Source: Cyanophora paradoxa CCMP329
Lineage: Eukaryota > Plantae > Glaucophyta
Length of the DNA: 64,000 nt
Reading direction: 5' to 3'
Assembly: GCA_004431415.1 (NCBI GenBank)
Contig: QPMI01000101.1
Span: 1-64,000 of the forward strand
The notes beneath the pieces are model-generated. The model did not search any database. It was given only the letters and a program-made list of their open reading frames with translations, and was not told the origin of the DNA. Of this stretch, positions 47,801-59,656 are shown one piece after another. The position numbers and the translations under genes were made by a program. Position 1 is the stretch's first letter. Each line of letters starts with the position of its first letter.

Positions 47801-49620
47801 GAGCGTACTCCGTGTCGGGCCCGTGCCGAAAGTGCCTGCGAGTACGGGCCATTCAGAAGGAGATCCCGCCCACTGATCGTGATTCACAAAGCGATCCGGG
47901 GGATCCGAGTGAAGTTAAATAATAAAGCTCGCAGAGAAAATCGAATCCTTCAAGGTGCGATCTTTTGAGCTATTCTCCAAGGCTCTTAATGCGGAAGCTC
48001 TGATGGAGCTTGGAACGTTGACGCCAGAACGCAAGCATCGCACGGACCGCTCCCAGGTGACGGAGGCGGTGGAGGCGACGACGGAGACGGAGGGCGGCGT
48101 CAGGGAGGCCTTCACGAAGAACTCGGAGTGCGTCACGTCCTCCACCCGCCCCGACGCGTACACGCCCTGCAGCCGGAACTTCACCAGCCGCCCCGCCTGC
48201 GAGCGCAGCAGATCGATGTCCAGATCAGTTTGGTTTCAAGTTCGAGCCGGCCGCGGTGAGGGTCCGGGCGGCCGCGCCTGGAGGCCCTGGACGCGCCGGG
48301 TGAAGTGCTGCGCCGCGCCGGCCTCCTTCCGCCGCGTGTCGAAGTCCTCCGCCGTCGCTGCCCGTGCCGCCATCGCGAGTCACTTCGCGTCACAGGAATG
48401 GCTGGGGTAGGATATGTGTAGGGCAGAGGAAGGGGTGGTGGGTGGGTGGTTGCAATTGGGGCAAGGGAGGGGGGCGATCGCGAGGGGGGCGGGGGCGGGG
48501 GGGGGGGGAGGGGAGGGGAGGGGAGGATATATATGCAGTGCAAGGGCCATCGCGCCAAGCGGGGCAAAGTTAAAATTGATAGGACCTGGGGGAGGGAGAG
48601 GGGGCCGCGGGGAGCTCAATCGCGAAGGAGAATACGTAATCAGGGTGGCCGAAAAACATAAGGGGCGCTCAGGGAGGCCATGGCATGCGCATTGAAAGGG
48701 GATAAATTTTAAAGGGCGGCTGGGTGGTCAAGAGCCGACGGGGAGCTCGCCTGGCGTCCAGGGGACCCGGGGGTCGCCCGAGCCGTTGTGGAGCAGGACG
48801 AAGCACCTGTTGCGGTGCGCGTATGGTTGCAGCGCCTCAGACGAGAGCGGGAGCTCGAGGGGCGGTCTACAAGAGGAGGGGGGGAGCTGGCGGGGCCGGG
48901 GGGGGCGGGGCCCGGGGCGCACCGCAGCTCGTCGGCGTCCTCGGGGGGCGCCGGCTCGCCCCGCCCCAGGCGGGCGCGCAGGCGCGCCAGCTGCAGCCCG
49001 CCCTCGTGCTTCCACGTCACAAGCACCTGCGCGGGGGCCCACCGAGTCAGCGCGCTGCAGCGCTAGCGCTAGCGGGCACTCTTTAATTTGCATTACGAGC
49101 GCTCGGGCAGCTGCGCATGCAGAGCAAAACGCGCCATGTGCCCGGAGGATGTGTCGATCTCCTTGAAGGATAGCTGGGGGCGTGCCTTGGGCTGCGCCTG
49201 CCGGCGCCATGGCCAGCAAAGCCCAACGGTTAGCTGTGCCGCTCGGGCGGGGAGCTCAAGGCGCGCGCGTGCAGCGGCAGTTGGCGTCGGCCGCGGCGTG
49301 CGAGCGTGCACCTGTTGCGACACGCTTTCCCTGCGCGAGCCGGAAACCAGCACGGGGGCGGGGCCCTGCGCGCCGCCGCCCGCCACGCCATCGATATCGG
49401 AAAGCATGCCCGCTGCAGCTGCTGTTGGCGCCGCCGGCGGCGCCAGCGCCTCCGCGCCGGCAATTGCGACTACGGCTGGAGCCGAGTGCGCGGCCGCGGC
49501 GAAGGTTTGCTGCTGCGCGGTCACATCGTGGGCGAGCTCGTTGACGTGTTCCGCGAGAGTCCTCGCCGTCGGGTCGCCTATCGGCGGGAGATGCACGGCG
49601 CGGCCGCTCGCCATCGCCAT
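44801..49620 (-). CDS. Fibronectin type III repeat region, probably the 5' half of the same gene as the SLOG-SLATT region
   Basis: VLVTWKH, RRVQGLQ|AGRLVKFRLQGV, ASVTWE..YALEWQ..HTMYGLPPG, WEEPRSTGGSTISKYIV and TYRYTVVAVNEFGAS are FN3 consensus pieces. Start MAMASGRAV at 49620, with no signal peptide. Confidence 0.65.
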
Positions 49621-50262
49621 CCCTAGGCCGCCCGACTCCTGCTGAGGGCGCGGCTGCCACTGCCGCATCGCGAGCCCCGGCCCGCGGCCGAAGTAAATCG
49701 TGACTCTTGCTCGGAGTTGCTCTAGCTATACCTAGCCCTAGGCCTGACGCGCGCACGTGCTCGCGGCGCCGGCGCCGGCGCCGGCGCGGCGAATTCGAAG
49801 GCTGCGAAGCCCGCGAAGCTGATCACAATTCTATCGGCCGATGAGTCCAGCCCCGCGAATGCCTGCGCATGCCGCGCGCAATGCCGCCTTAAGCTTCAAA
49901 CTTCGCGCGCGCGAAGCGCAGGCCCGAGGACCGACGGCGCCCGACGCTCCTCATGATCAGCGGCGCAGGCCGCTGAGGCTGCCGCAGAAGGCCCGCAGAC
50001 TGGGCCGCAGTACGCTACTGTACGCATGTTGCGCATGCGCTGCCTCTCGCCGCGGCGCGCGCGGGCCGCCGCGGCGCAGCCAGGCGGCCCAGGCCCGGGC
50101 CGCCCGGCCCGCAAAGGCCCGGCGCCCCCGCATGCGCAGTGCGCACTGCGCAGGGCGCTCCGCAAGAGACTGCCAAGAGTCCGCATGTGCTCTCCGTGCA
50201 GTACCGGGGGCCTTTTTTTTCTGTCCGGTACCGAGTATATATACCGTAGTACATGTGCCAGC

Positions 50263-50950
50263 CAGTGATGTTAACCTTACCAGTAATATTCTGTAATATA
50301 CATTATAATAATGCATTATAATAATATTATTGTAATAGTGCCACTTTCCGGGGTTTCCGGTAAGGTGTATTACAGGTTGGAAAGACCCCCTTATTTCACG
50401 AGCAGCAGCGCTCTGCGACGTACCTACACGTTATTTAACAACATATAAGCTATATTTGACAGTTCTGATGACCAGGAAGCTCTTTAACAGCCCCGTTTGA
50501 CCTTGCCTGATGGCCGGGGTACCCCTGTTGCGTGCCTCAAAAGGCCTCTTAAACCATGTTAGCAATAAGCGTAAAGTCACATCTTGCATGTTTCACGTGA
50601 TAAGAGAGTGTTTCGGACAGATTAGCATCAAGAATAAGCAGCGCAGGGCTGCGGGAATGGGGTTTCTATGAGGTATTACAGGTAATATAGTATAATATTA
50701 GTAAGGTTTATTATAATACCATTAAACATTATCGGTATAGTACAAGGCGCAGTGGTACAAGGTCGTGCTACGACCTCCCGGATTTCCGGGTTCGGTTCCT
50801 GCTGTTTCCGCTTCGTTGTACTTCGAATCCCCGTGATTCCTGATACCGTGACTTGTATCCTCGTTGTGTACTACGAGTGGGTACGCCCGCCGTAAAAAAA
50901 AATTATCGGTAATAGTGCATTTTTGGGATTAATTAGTAATAACATCACTG
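50263..50950. mobile_element. hAT-like MITE (688 bp)
   Basis: Perfect 11-bp terminal inverted repeat CAGTGATGTTA / TAACATCACTG and exact 8-bp duplication GTGCCAGC at 50255-50262 and 50951-50958. Strongly AT-rich and non-coding. Confidence 0.92.
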
Positions 50951-51121
50951 GTGCCAGCTCGAGGCCAGCCCCAGTCAGCCGTTACTAACCGACAATGCCA
51001 GCGACTGTGGGGCCCGCCGAGTTCTTGCAAGTTGCGAAGATTTGGACCCCCAACTTGGCAAAGAACTCGTAGCGCTAGCCTACCGTGTAATACTTAATTA
51101 CCGCGCTGACGTAACTACTGC

Positions 51122-51290
51122 GGTTTGACGGACGAAAGTTGGACGAAAGTTGAGGTTTGACGGACGAAAGTTGGACGAAAGTTGAGGTTTGACGGACGAA
51201 AGTTGGACGAAAGTTGAGGTTTGACGGACGAAAGTTGGACGAAAGTTGAGGTTTGACGGACGAAAGTTGGACGAAAGTTGAGGTTTGACG
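51122..51290. repeat. Tandem array: five perfect 32-bp units plus 9 bp
   Basis: Unit GGTTTGAC-GGACGAAAGTT-GGACGAAAGTT-GA starts at 51122, 51154, 51186, 51218 and 51250. Confidence 0.95.
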
Positions 51291-51843
51291 CGCGCGCGCG
51301 CGATGAGTTTTAAGCTTGATCATGAGCGGCGCTCGCGGTCGCGATCGAGCGCCGACGTCGCGCGCGCAGGGTCCTGCGCGCCCCTTCGCCGGGGTTTCGC
51401 ATGGATCTACACGCGCCCCGCTCTGGCAGGCCACCCAACCCCTCTGCAGCTGTGCGCTCTTCAGCGAGCAGCACTCACATTGGGCACCAGTGCGCTCCGG
51501 ATCCCTTTCGTTTAAAAATTTGATTTGATTTAATTTCGCGCGCACGGCGTCGCGCAGGCGATCCGCACGGATTGCGATGGCCCCAGCACCCCAGCTTCGA
51601 TCCGACGCGGCGCGATGCGGCTCCACCTTACGCACCTTCGGGAGCGGGGGAGGCCCCCCGGTACCAGTCTCCCGGTCCGGGGCCCGTGGGGGTTCCGGAT
51701 CCGGCCCCCTCGGGCAGCATTCCTCCTCCTTAGCGGCCAGTCCGTGGCGGGAACGGGCAAGCCTCCGGGCACGGCCCGCACCTCTGATATCGATCTTCTG
51801 ATCTTAAGCCCGTAGGGTAAGTAGACCTAGGTTTCGATCTCGA

Positions 51844-51983
51844 GCTTCGGCATTCGATTTCGATTTTCGACGTCGCTTGCCTATCTGACTGAGCCCTTAC
51901 GATTCGACCGGCGGCCCACTGCTAGCCAAACAGCTACTAGTACTAGGGCTAGTCCAGATGTCGTTGGTCGTGTCTGAAATGCA
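51844..51983. repeat. ~140-bp dispersed repeat, copy B (inverted relative to 14869-15002)
   Basis: The reverse complement matches copy A except for a short CTAGTAC-type indel and isolated substitutions. Confidence 0.9.
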
Positions 51984-52830
51984 GTACCGGGCCGGGCTAG
52001 CGCTCGACGCCTCCAGGCAGCGCCGAGCCCGCCCGCCTCCGCCATTCCCGCCAGGAAGCGCCCGAAGGCGGCGCCTAGACCTCTTACAAGCTGGGGATCT
52101 GTTCTATACGTTCGATAGAGCTTTGAACGCTTTGCTCAAGGTGCAAGCCGCGCCTAGCGCGTTTTGCTGGCTGGGCTGTGGTTTAGCGCCAAAGTGCGGT
52201 GATCCGCCAAACCGGCTTGGACTTCAAGTCCTAGGGGGGGCTAAGAACTCGAATGTCAATGCACCTACCCCCCCCACACTTCGCTGTGCTAGCTATAGGC
52301 TAGTACCGGGCCGGGGCCGCCGGGCTCGACGCCGCTTCAATCCACCGGCGTCAAGCTCAAGCTTTGGGGTCACCGGGTACGACCCATTTCGGCCCAACAT
52401 GCTTGCGCCAATCGAATGAAAGGATAAGCAGGGGTACGCATACGCTAAATTGGGGTACAGAGCGATTTGCCGGGTACACGTCGAGCGGGCTGACCGCGCC
52501 TGGCCCGCGGTCACGCGCCCGTTGCGCAGTCGAGACCCTGGACGTTCAGGTGCGCGAGCACGTGGGAGCGGGCCCAATCCCGATGCGTCGCGTGTCCAGT
52601 TTAAAATGCGCGCCAAGCGTCCTTGCCGGCTGCCGCTATGGGGTTCCTCGAGAGTGCGCAACGTGCCGCAGCGCGCTGACATGCGTTCTCGCATAAGCGG
52701 TCGCGCCTTGCGGCCCGACCGCAAGCTGGAGGGCGACGGCATCAACTCATTCGGGCGCGACTCATTCCGTTCATCGTCTCCTCCTTCCGTTCAGACGAAG
52801 CACGCGCTCTCCGCCGCGGAGGCTCCGAAG

Positions 52831-55239
52831 ATGAGCCCTGGCGACGGACAACAGCCCCCTTCGTCATCGCCCGCCGTCCAGCCCGAAGGCGCTGCAGCGC
52901 CCGCTGAGATTCCCGCTTTAGCGGTTTCAGCAGCTGCGCAGACGCCGATCGGGTCAACTGGGCGTCAGGCAGACCCCCCCTCCGAGAAGCCCCTTCCCCT
53001 CACCGCGGCCACACCGTCGGCGCCCGCATCCGCACCTGCGCCCTCTCTCTCGCCGAAGGATCCCTCCGCGCATGCCTCCCTATCTTCCGGTCCGACCGCC
53101 AGTGCTTCTTCGCCGATCGCGGCGGCGGCGACGGCGCCTGCACCGTCGCCGACCCCTTCGGCTTCCGCGGTCGGAGCGGGCAGCCAGAACGCCTTCGCAT
53201 CCTCTCCCCTCCCGTTCCTCTCGGCGCCTGTGCTGCCCGGCGCCCAGCCGATAGTCAAAGCAGAGCCCGGCGCCAGGGCGGATTCGGGCGCCAAGACGCA
53301 GCCGCAGCCCGGAGCGGTCGCCGTGCCTTCGCCCGTCTCCGTGCCCCCGCCCGGCACCGGGGCCGCCTCCGGTGCGGCTGCCAAGTCCCCTGGCGGCTCC
53401 GATGCGGCGGCGCCGAAGCGGAAGCGGGGGCGGCCGGCGGCGGCCGATCGCCCCCCGAAGTCATCGACGCCGAAGAGCGAGGAGGGCAAGGAGGGGAGCG
53501 GGGATGGCAGCGGGGAGGACGACGAGTGGAGCGACCACAGCGGCCGGCGCGCCCCCTCCGCGCTCCCGCACCGCGCCGCGCCCCCCGTCTCACCGCCCCC
53601 GCCCCGCAGCTTCAACTTCCCCAAGGGCGGCGCGTACTGCAACGTCACGGGCTCTTGGAACCGTGCCACTGCCGTCTCGGTGCGGGCCAGGCGCTCGGGC
53701 CCCGCGCTCGATCCTCCCGCCCCGCCCCGCCCCGCCCCGCCCCGCCCCGCCGACGCCCTTCCTCGCGCAGAACGTGCGGAGCTTCTTCGAGAAGCCTCTG
53801 CCGGCCACCGTGCACCTCACGTTCAACGGCGAATCGAAGAACATGGAGTAGGCCGCCCCGCCCCGCCCCGCCCCGGGACCGGGCGCCGCGCGTGCCGCCC
53901 CCGACGCGCGGCGCCGCGCAGACCTTCGGGCGAGGTGGCTGCGCTGTACGCGAAGGCCCTCCCGGCAGCCGGCGCCGCCGTCCGCTGCGTCTCCGTCGAG
54001 AACGCCCAGGCGCGCCCCGTCCTCCCCCGCTGCCCCGACTCTGGCCGCCGGCGGTCGGTCGGGCGAGTCCAACCGCCGGGGCGAGCAGATGCTGAACAAC
54101 GAGGGGCTGGCGGAGGGCCTGGCGGCGCTCCCGCAGCTCTCGACGCTGCGCCTCTGGGGCTGCCACCTCACGGCGGCGCGCCTCGAGGCGGCCCTCTCGC
54201 CGCCGCTGACGACGCTGATCCTGACGAACTGCACGGTGGAGGCGAGCGTGGGCCAGGCCGTCGCCGCCCTCCTCCAGCGCGCCAAGCTCGAGACCCTCTC
54301 CATCGGCGACGTGCGCGCCCCCTTCACGCGCCACCAAATCCCCCAGCCGAGAACCGCCCTCCTACAACTTCACCCTCCCGCCTCCTCTCGCCTCCTCTCA
54401 CGCCCGCTCCGCCGCGTAGCTCACCATCAGCGAGTTCGGGTCGGGGGCCCTCCGCTCCCGCCGCCGCTCGGGCGGCGACGACCGCACCGACTACCGTGCG
54501 GGCGCCGCCCCTCGCGCCCCCCGGGGCGGTGCCGACGGCTCGCGCCGCGCCGCGCAGTGCTGCCGGTGTTCGAACAGGCGCACGTGCTTCGGAACCTCCA
54601 GGTGCGCGGGGGCAGCCAGGCGAAGCGGCCAGAGCGGGGCGATGAATTGGTGTGATGCGGGGAGGGTCGGGGGAGGTGGGGCGACGGGGGCGGGGCCGGG
54701 GCAGGTGCGGCAGGGGGAGGTGACGGGGGCGGCGGGGGCGGAGCTGGTGAAGGCGGTGGAGCGGGCGGACTCGCGGCTCGAGGTCCTCCGCCTCGAGCGC
54801 TCCGTCGAGGCCAGCGCCCCGCCCCCGCCCCGCCCCCGCCCCGCCCCGCCCGAGCCGCCCCGGCCCCGGCCCGCAGGTCGCCAAGGAGGCCCTCGCGCCC
54901 CTCAAGGAGTGCTTCAAGGCGCACCTTCAGGCGCCCGCGCGAGCCGCCCGCTCCCCGCTGTGCGCGGCGGGCTCACCCCGGGGCCGCAGCTGCCCGTGAA
55001 GCGCCTGAAGCTCGCCCTCGTCGCCCAGCAAGTCTTCGACTACCTCCACATGGCCCGCCCCCTCGCTTCCCTTCTCCCCGCCGCCTCCCCTCACTGCCGC
55101 CCCCCCCCCCCCCCCCCCCCCCCCCCGCGCAGGGCGACAGCAGCGACGAGGAGAGCCAGGAGGGGAGCCCCCCGGCAAGAAGCCAGCCCTCGCAGCGGCG
55201 GTGGCGCCGGCCGGGGCGCAAGCGGCGGTGGCGTCGGCA

Positions 55240-55288
<49 letters not shown>

Positions 55289-58175
55289 AGAAGCCGCGGG
55301 CTCGACGCCCAAGCCGGCGGGGCCGGCCTCGGCGGCGGCAGCGGCGGCCGGCGGCGCCGCCTTCGCGGCCGGCTCCGAGGTCCGCAAGAGCAGCGGCTCC
55401 GTCCCCGACTCAGAGGTTCAGACCCCCCCCCCCCAATCCTTCCCCCTTCTCTGCGGGCCCCCCGCCCTCTCCTGCTCGCCCGGCACATATGTGGACCTCA
55501 ATCGGCCTTTGTACCGCAGCCGCAGCTCGTTCTGAACACGGAGAAGACCGAATTCAAGCCCGGCGACATCGTCTGGGCCCGCCAGAGCGGTTACCCCTGG
55601 TGGCCCGCCGTCGTGCGCCTTTCCCCCCCCCCTCTCGTTCCCTGCCCTCCCCCTCCCTCCTTACGTCCCCCCCCCCCCCACCACCCTTCTCGGCCCGCAA
55701 TGTCTCTAGTCCCCTTTCTATCTCCCCTGCCCCTTCCCAACCCTTTCCCCTTCCCGGAATTCAGCTATCTCCCTCTGCAACCCTCCTCCTTCCCTCCCTG
55801 CCCTCCATCTCTAGAAACGCCTTCTTCCTGCCCTCTCCTCTCCAGCCCCCCCCCCCCCCCCCCCCCTTCCCGCCCCCCACCGCCCCTGGATTAGCCTTAT
55901 TCCTCTTCCTCAGGTTCATGATCCAACCAGCTTCAAGGGAGACCCCGATTACCGGGAGGGGTACATCTGCGTCGAGTACTACTGCGAGAACTCCCGGTCC
56001 GCAATTAGATACTAGGAATACAAGAGTTTCGTTCGGTCTAAGTATTTGTTTTGAGAAATTAGGGCGGAGCGAAAGTAAAACGGAGCGGCGCGTACTAGAT
56101 TCGTCATTTTATCGAGTGAAATAGTGCCAGGCCTTTGCGCTGCGAGGCCGAATGGAGTGGCGCCGGCCCCGCGTTATGTGCCTCGGAGAGGGGTTCGTGG
56201 AGGGGCGGCTGTGGGAGCTAAGTGGCGGGGCCAGGAACTCGCTGGCGCCGGGGAGGGTGCTGGACTTCATCTCGAACCACGAGGCGGTGAGCGCCCAGAA
56301 GCTCCCCAAGCTCGACATCAAGACCGTCGCCCGCTACTTCGACGCCGTCAAGACCGTCCGCAGCCCCGCGCCCCCTCCCGCATCCCACCAGAGCTGCCCC
56401 GCGTTCTGCGTCAAGAGCAACGCCGCCGAGGCGGCTCTCGACTCGCTCGTCGCCTCGCAGCGGGGCCTGGGGGCGCCTCTGAGGGCGACCGCAGGCGCAC
56501 GGGGACTGGATGGACACGTTCGGCGCCGCCGCCGCCGCGAAGGCCGCCGGCCCCTCCGCCCCGCCCGCCCCCGCCCCCCTCCCCGCCGGCCCCCGCTTCC
56601 CCCTCGTCCCCCACCTGCCCGGCGCCCCCGCACACGCACCCGGCGCCTCCCCGTCGCCGGGGCCGTGCCCTACCGGCCCCTGGGCAAGGCGCCGGCACCG
56701 GCGGGGGCGGGGCGGGGGCGGGGGCGGGGGCGGCGCTGGCGGACGTGGCGCCGCTGATCGAGCTGGCGGACCTCGCGGCGGCGGCGGCGCCCGAGGCGGC
56801 GGGGAAGGGCGCGGGGACGGCGCCGCTGCCGCCGGGGGAGGCGCCGATGGACCCGTCGGACGTGACGCCCTTCTCGACGGAGGACGACGCGCTCCTCCTC
56901 GAGGCCTGCAAGACGTGCGCCCCCTCCGAGCCCCGCGCCCCGCGCCCCGCGCCCCCGTCGCGCCCCGCGCTGCCCTCGAGCCCCGGCCCGCCAGGCACCG
57001 CCACACGTGGCAGCAGCGGAACAAGGCCCTCTCCGACCAGCTCGCCAACCCCGTCGACGTGCGCCCCGCCCCGCCCCGCCCGCCGGCCCCGCGCCTCGCC
57101 GCCGGCGCCGGTCGACCCTGCGGGGGCCGGCGGGGCGCAGAACTGGCGCGCCTTCTTCCGGTACCTGATCAACGAGGTCCCACGAGCGACGTCGTGCGCA
57201 ACCCCCCCCCCCCCCCCCCCCCCTCACCCCACCCCACCCCTCCCCTCTCCCCCCCCCCCCCCGCCGAGGCGGCGCGCTGAGGGCGGGGCAGCGGCGGCTG
57301 GTGCGGGGCCGGACGCCGGAGAACCTGCTGCAGCGTTTCGCGTACGGCTTCGTGGCGGCGAACCCGAGCGGCGAGGCGGCGAGCCCGCTGAAGCGGGAGC
57401 CCCTGTACAAGCCCTTCGACGAGTGGGCCAACGTCTACGCCCGCACCGTCGCCCAGCAGCAAGCCGCCGCCCGCGCCGGCGCCGCAGCCCTCCCCGGCGC
57501 CCACCCCGTCGGTCCCCCGCAGCCGCTGCAGCCGCCGTCGCAGGCCCAGGCGCCGCCCCAGGCGCAGGCGACTCGGGCACAGCAGCCGGCGCCCTCGTCG
57601 CGGCCGCAGCAGCCGGCGCCGGCACCGCGGACGCAGCTGCAGGGGCCGCGGGCCGAGGCGCCGCCGCAGCGGGCCCCGGCACAGGCGTCGCGGACGACGC
57701 CGCCGCCGAAGCCGTCTCCGGCGGCCGCCGGCCCCGCATCGAGCGCCTCCGCCCCGCCGCCTCCTCATCCGCCGCCGCCGCCAAACCCGCCCCCACCCCC
57801 GGCGCGACCTTCGCGCCGGCGCCCGTGGGGCGGGCAGCGGCGCCTGCCCCGGCGGCGTCGGGGGCGGGGGCGGGGCGGCGGATCAACCTGCGGCTGATGG
57901 ACGGCTCGCGCAATTTCGGGGTCGCCCTGCCCTCCACCCTCCCCGAGCTCCTCCAGCTCGCCTCCTCCCACTTCCACACCGAGGCCCGCCCCCGCCGCCC
58001 CGCCCCGCCCCGCCCCCTTCGTTCATGCGACGTGAACCGAGAGACGGCTCGCGCGCAGGTGCTGGAGATCTGGGACGCGAATTTCACGGCGATCTCGAGC
58101 ATACAGACGCTGGCGCAGTCGCGCGCGATCATGTTCTACGCCGTCACGAGGGCCGACCTCTCTGCCGGCGCCTAG
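52831..58175 (+). CDS. Multidomain chromatin protein: AT-hook, RNI-like LRR, PWWP, Myb/SANT-like and a C-terminal KHA/CIDE-N-like domain
   Basis: KRKRGRP (~53420); LPQLSTLRLWGCHL..LTTLILTNC..LETLSI; FKPGDIVWARQSGYPWWPAV (~55550-55612); FSTEDDALLLEAC..NWRAFFRYL..RGRTPENLLQRF; RINLRL..GVALPSTLPELLQLASSHF..*. Confidence 0.65.
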
Positions 58176-59656
58176 CTGCGCCCCGCAGACGAGTGCGCTG
58201 GCGCGGCCGCCGCATGCGCAGCGCAGTCCAGCATTTATCGCTTTTAGCCGCTGCCTGAGCCTTGCCTTCCAGCCCGAGGGTTGCCTAGGGCCCTAGGAGT
58301 TCCCGCTCTCTCTCTTAAAATAGTAAACAAGAAACAAATTACCAACGTTAACATGCGTTGAATCTGTTTCTTATTCTCTCCCGGGTCCCGAGTCCCGACT
58401 CCCGAGTCCTTGCGTCTCTTCCTTTCTCGAGCTCAAATCGATTTTAATCACTAGCCGCTGACGAGCCAGCTTAAAAGCTTGCCGTTAAAAACTTCTTGCG
58501 CAACGGTGATTTTTTCGCTCATGCGTGCGAAAGCATGGCAAGCATGGTATACGTAGTAGGTTCGGCTCGATCGGGTGGCGGATTCGGTCGGTTGCTTCGA
58601 TTCTCGGCCGCGGCCCGCGGTACGGTCAGCGCGTGGCAGCTAGGCACTGGCACTGTGTCTGGCAGCCGCGTACGTGCAGGCGGTGCGCGCGCGCGCGGGC
58701 TCCCGGGAGTCCGGCCCAGCCTGGTTTCCGGGATTCGGCATCATTCAAAACGCGCCCGGCCGCGGCCGGCCGACCGCGTCGAGTCGCCGTCCGACGGTCG
58801 ACGTCCAGCGCGGCGGTAGCGACTCTGAAGAGACACACGCGTATATATACGTACGCTAGCGGGAGCCTAGCGCTGTGAGCCTAGCGGGAGACTCGCCGGG
58901 AGTCTGTGACTCAGTGACTCATCATTTTGATCAGCCTGTGAGTCTGTGACGCGGAAATTGCGGCGGAATTCGAATCGCCGCGGCGCCGATTCCGTGACGG
59001 GGCCCCGGCCCCCGGGTCGGGAGTCGGGACTCGGGACTCGGGAGTCGGGACTCGGGAGTCGGGAGTCGGGACTCCGGAGATTCCGGCGGGATACCGCAAT
59101 TGATGTAGCTATAGGGCCCGCGTCGTATCCGGGAATCCGCGGGATCCGCGTGCAACTCAGCTGTTCGTCACACACCAGCGCTGCAAGTTGCCTGCAACAC
59201 GAGAGCTGCGTATGCGGGGGCAGCGGGGCGCCGTCGGCGGCCGTCGCCACGTATACGCGTCGATCATACTCCTGATGATGTGGTAGCGACGTCGACAGGC
59301 TTCCGAAAGTTCCAGCTCCTCTCCTGCCGGCGCCAGCCCGGCCTGGCCGAGACCTCCAGCTTCGCCTGCAGCTGCAGTCGAGAACGCTCTGTGTCTGACT
59401 AGGTGACGAGCGTCGTCAGCTCCCGTGGGCAGGCTAGGCGGCGAGCTGCAGACTGTGATCATCGGAGCATCGCGTTGAGCCAGTATACGTAACCGCCACG
59501 TTAGAAACTGCCGGACGTCAGTAACTGCCGAGCACGCGGAGTCGCGTTCCCGTTTCGTTCAGCCTTCCGGCTTTAGGAGGGCAACTGCGCTGTTGAGCCG
59601 GTGAGCATCGGAGGCAGAAGCCGCGGCCGCGAGCCGGGGCCCTGGAGGCTTCCAGG

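Noticed and set aside
51122-51290. CRISPR array
   Set aside because: The units are contiguous and identical with no unique spacers, there are no cas genes, and the context is eukaryotic.
55240-55287. (GCG)n run as a regulatory or mobile repeat
   Set aside because: It is simply an in-frame poly-Ala linker in the PWWP gene.
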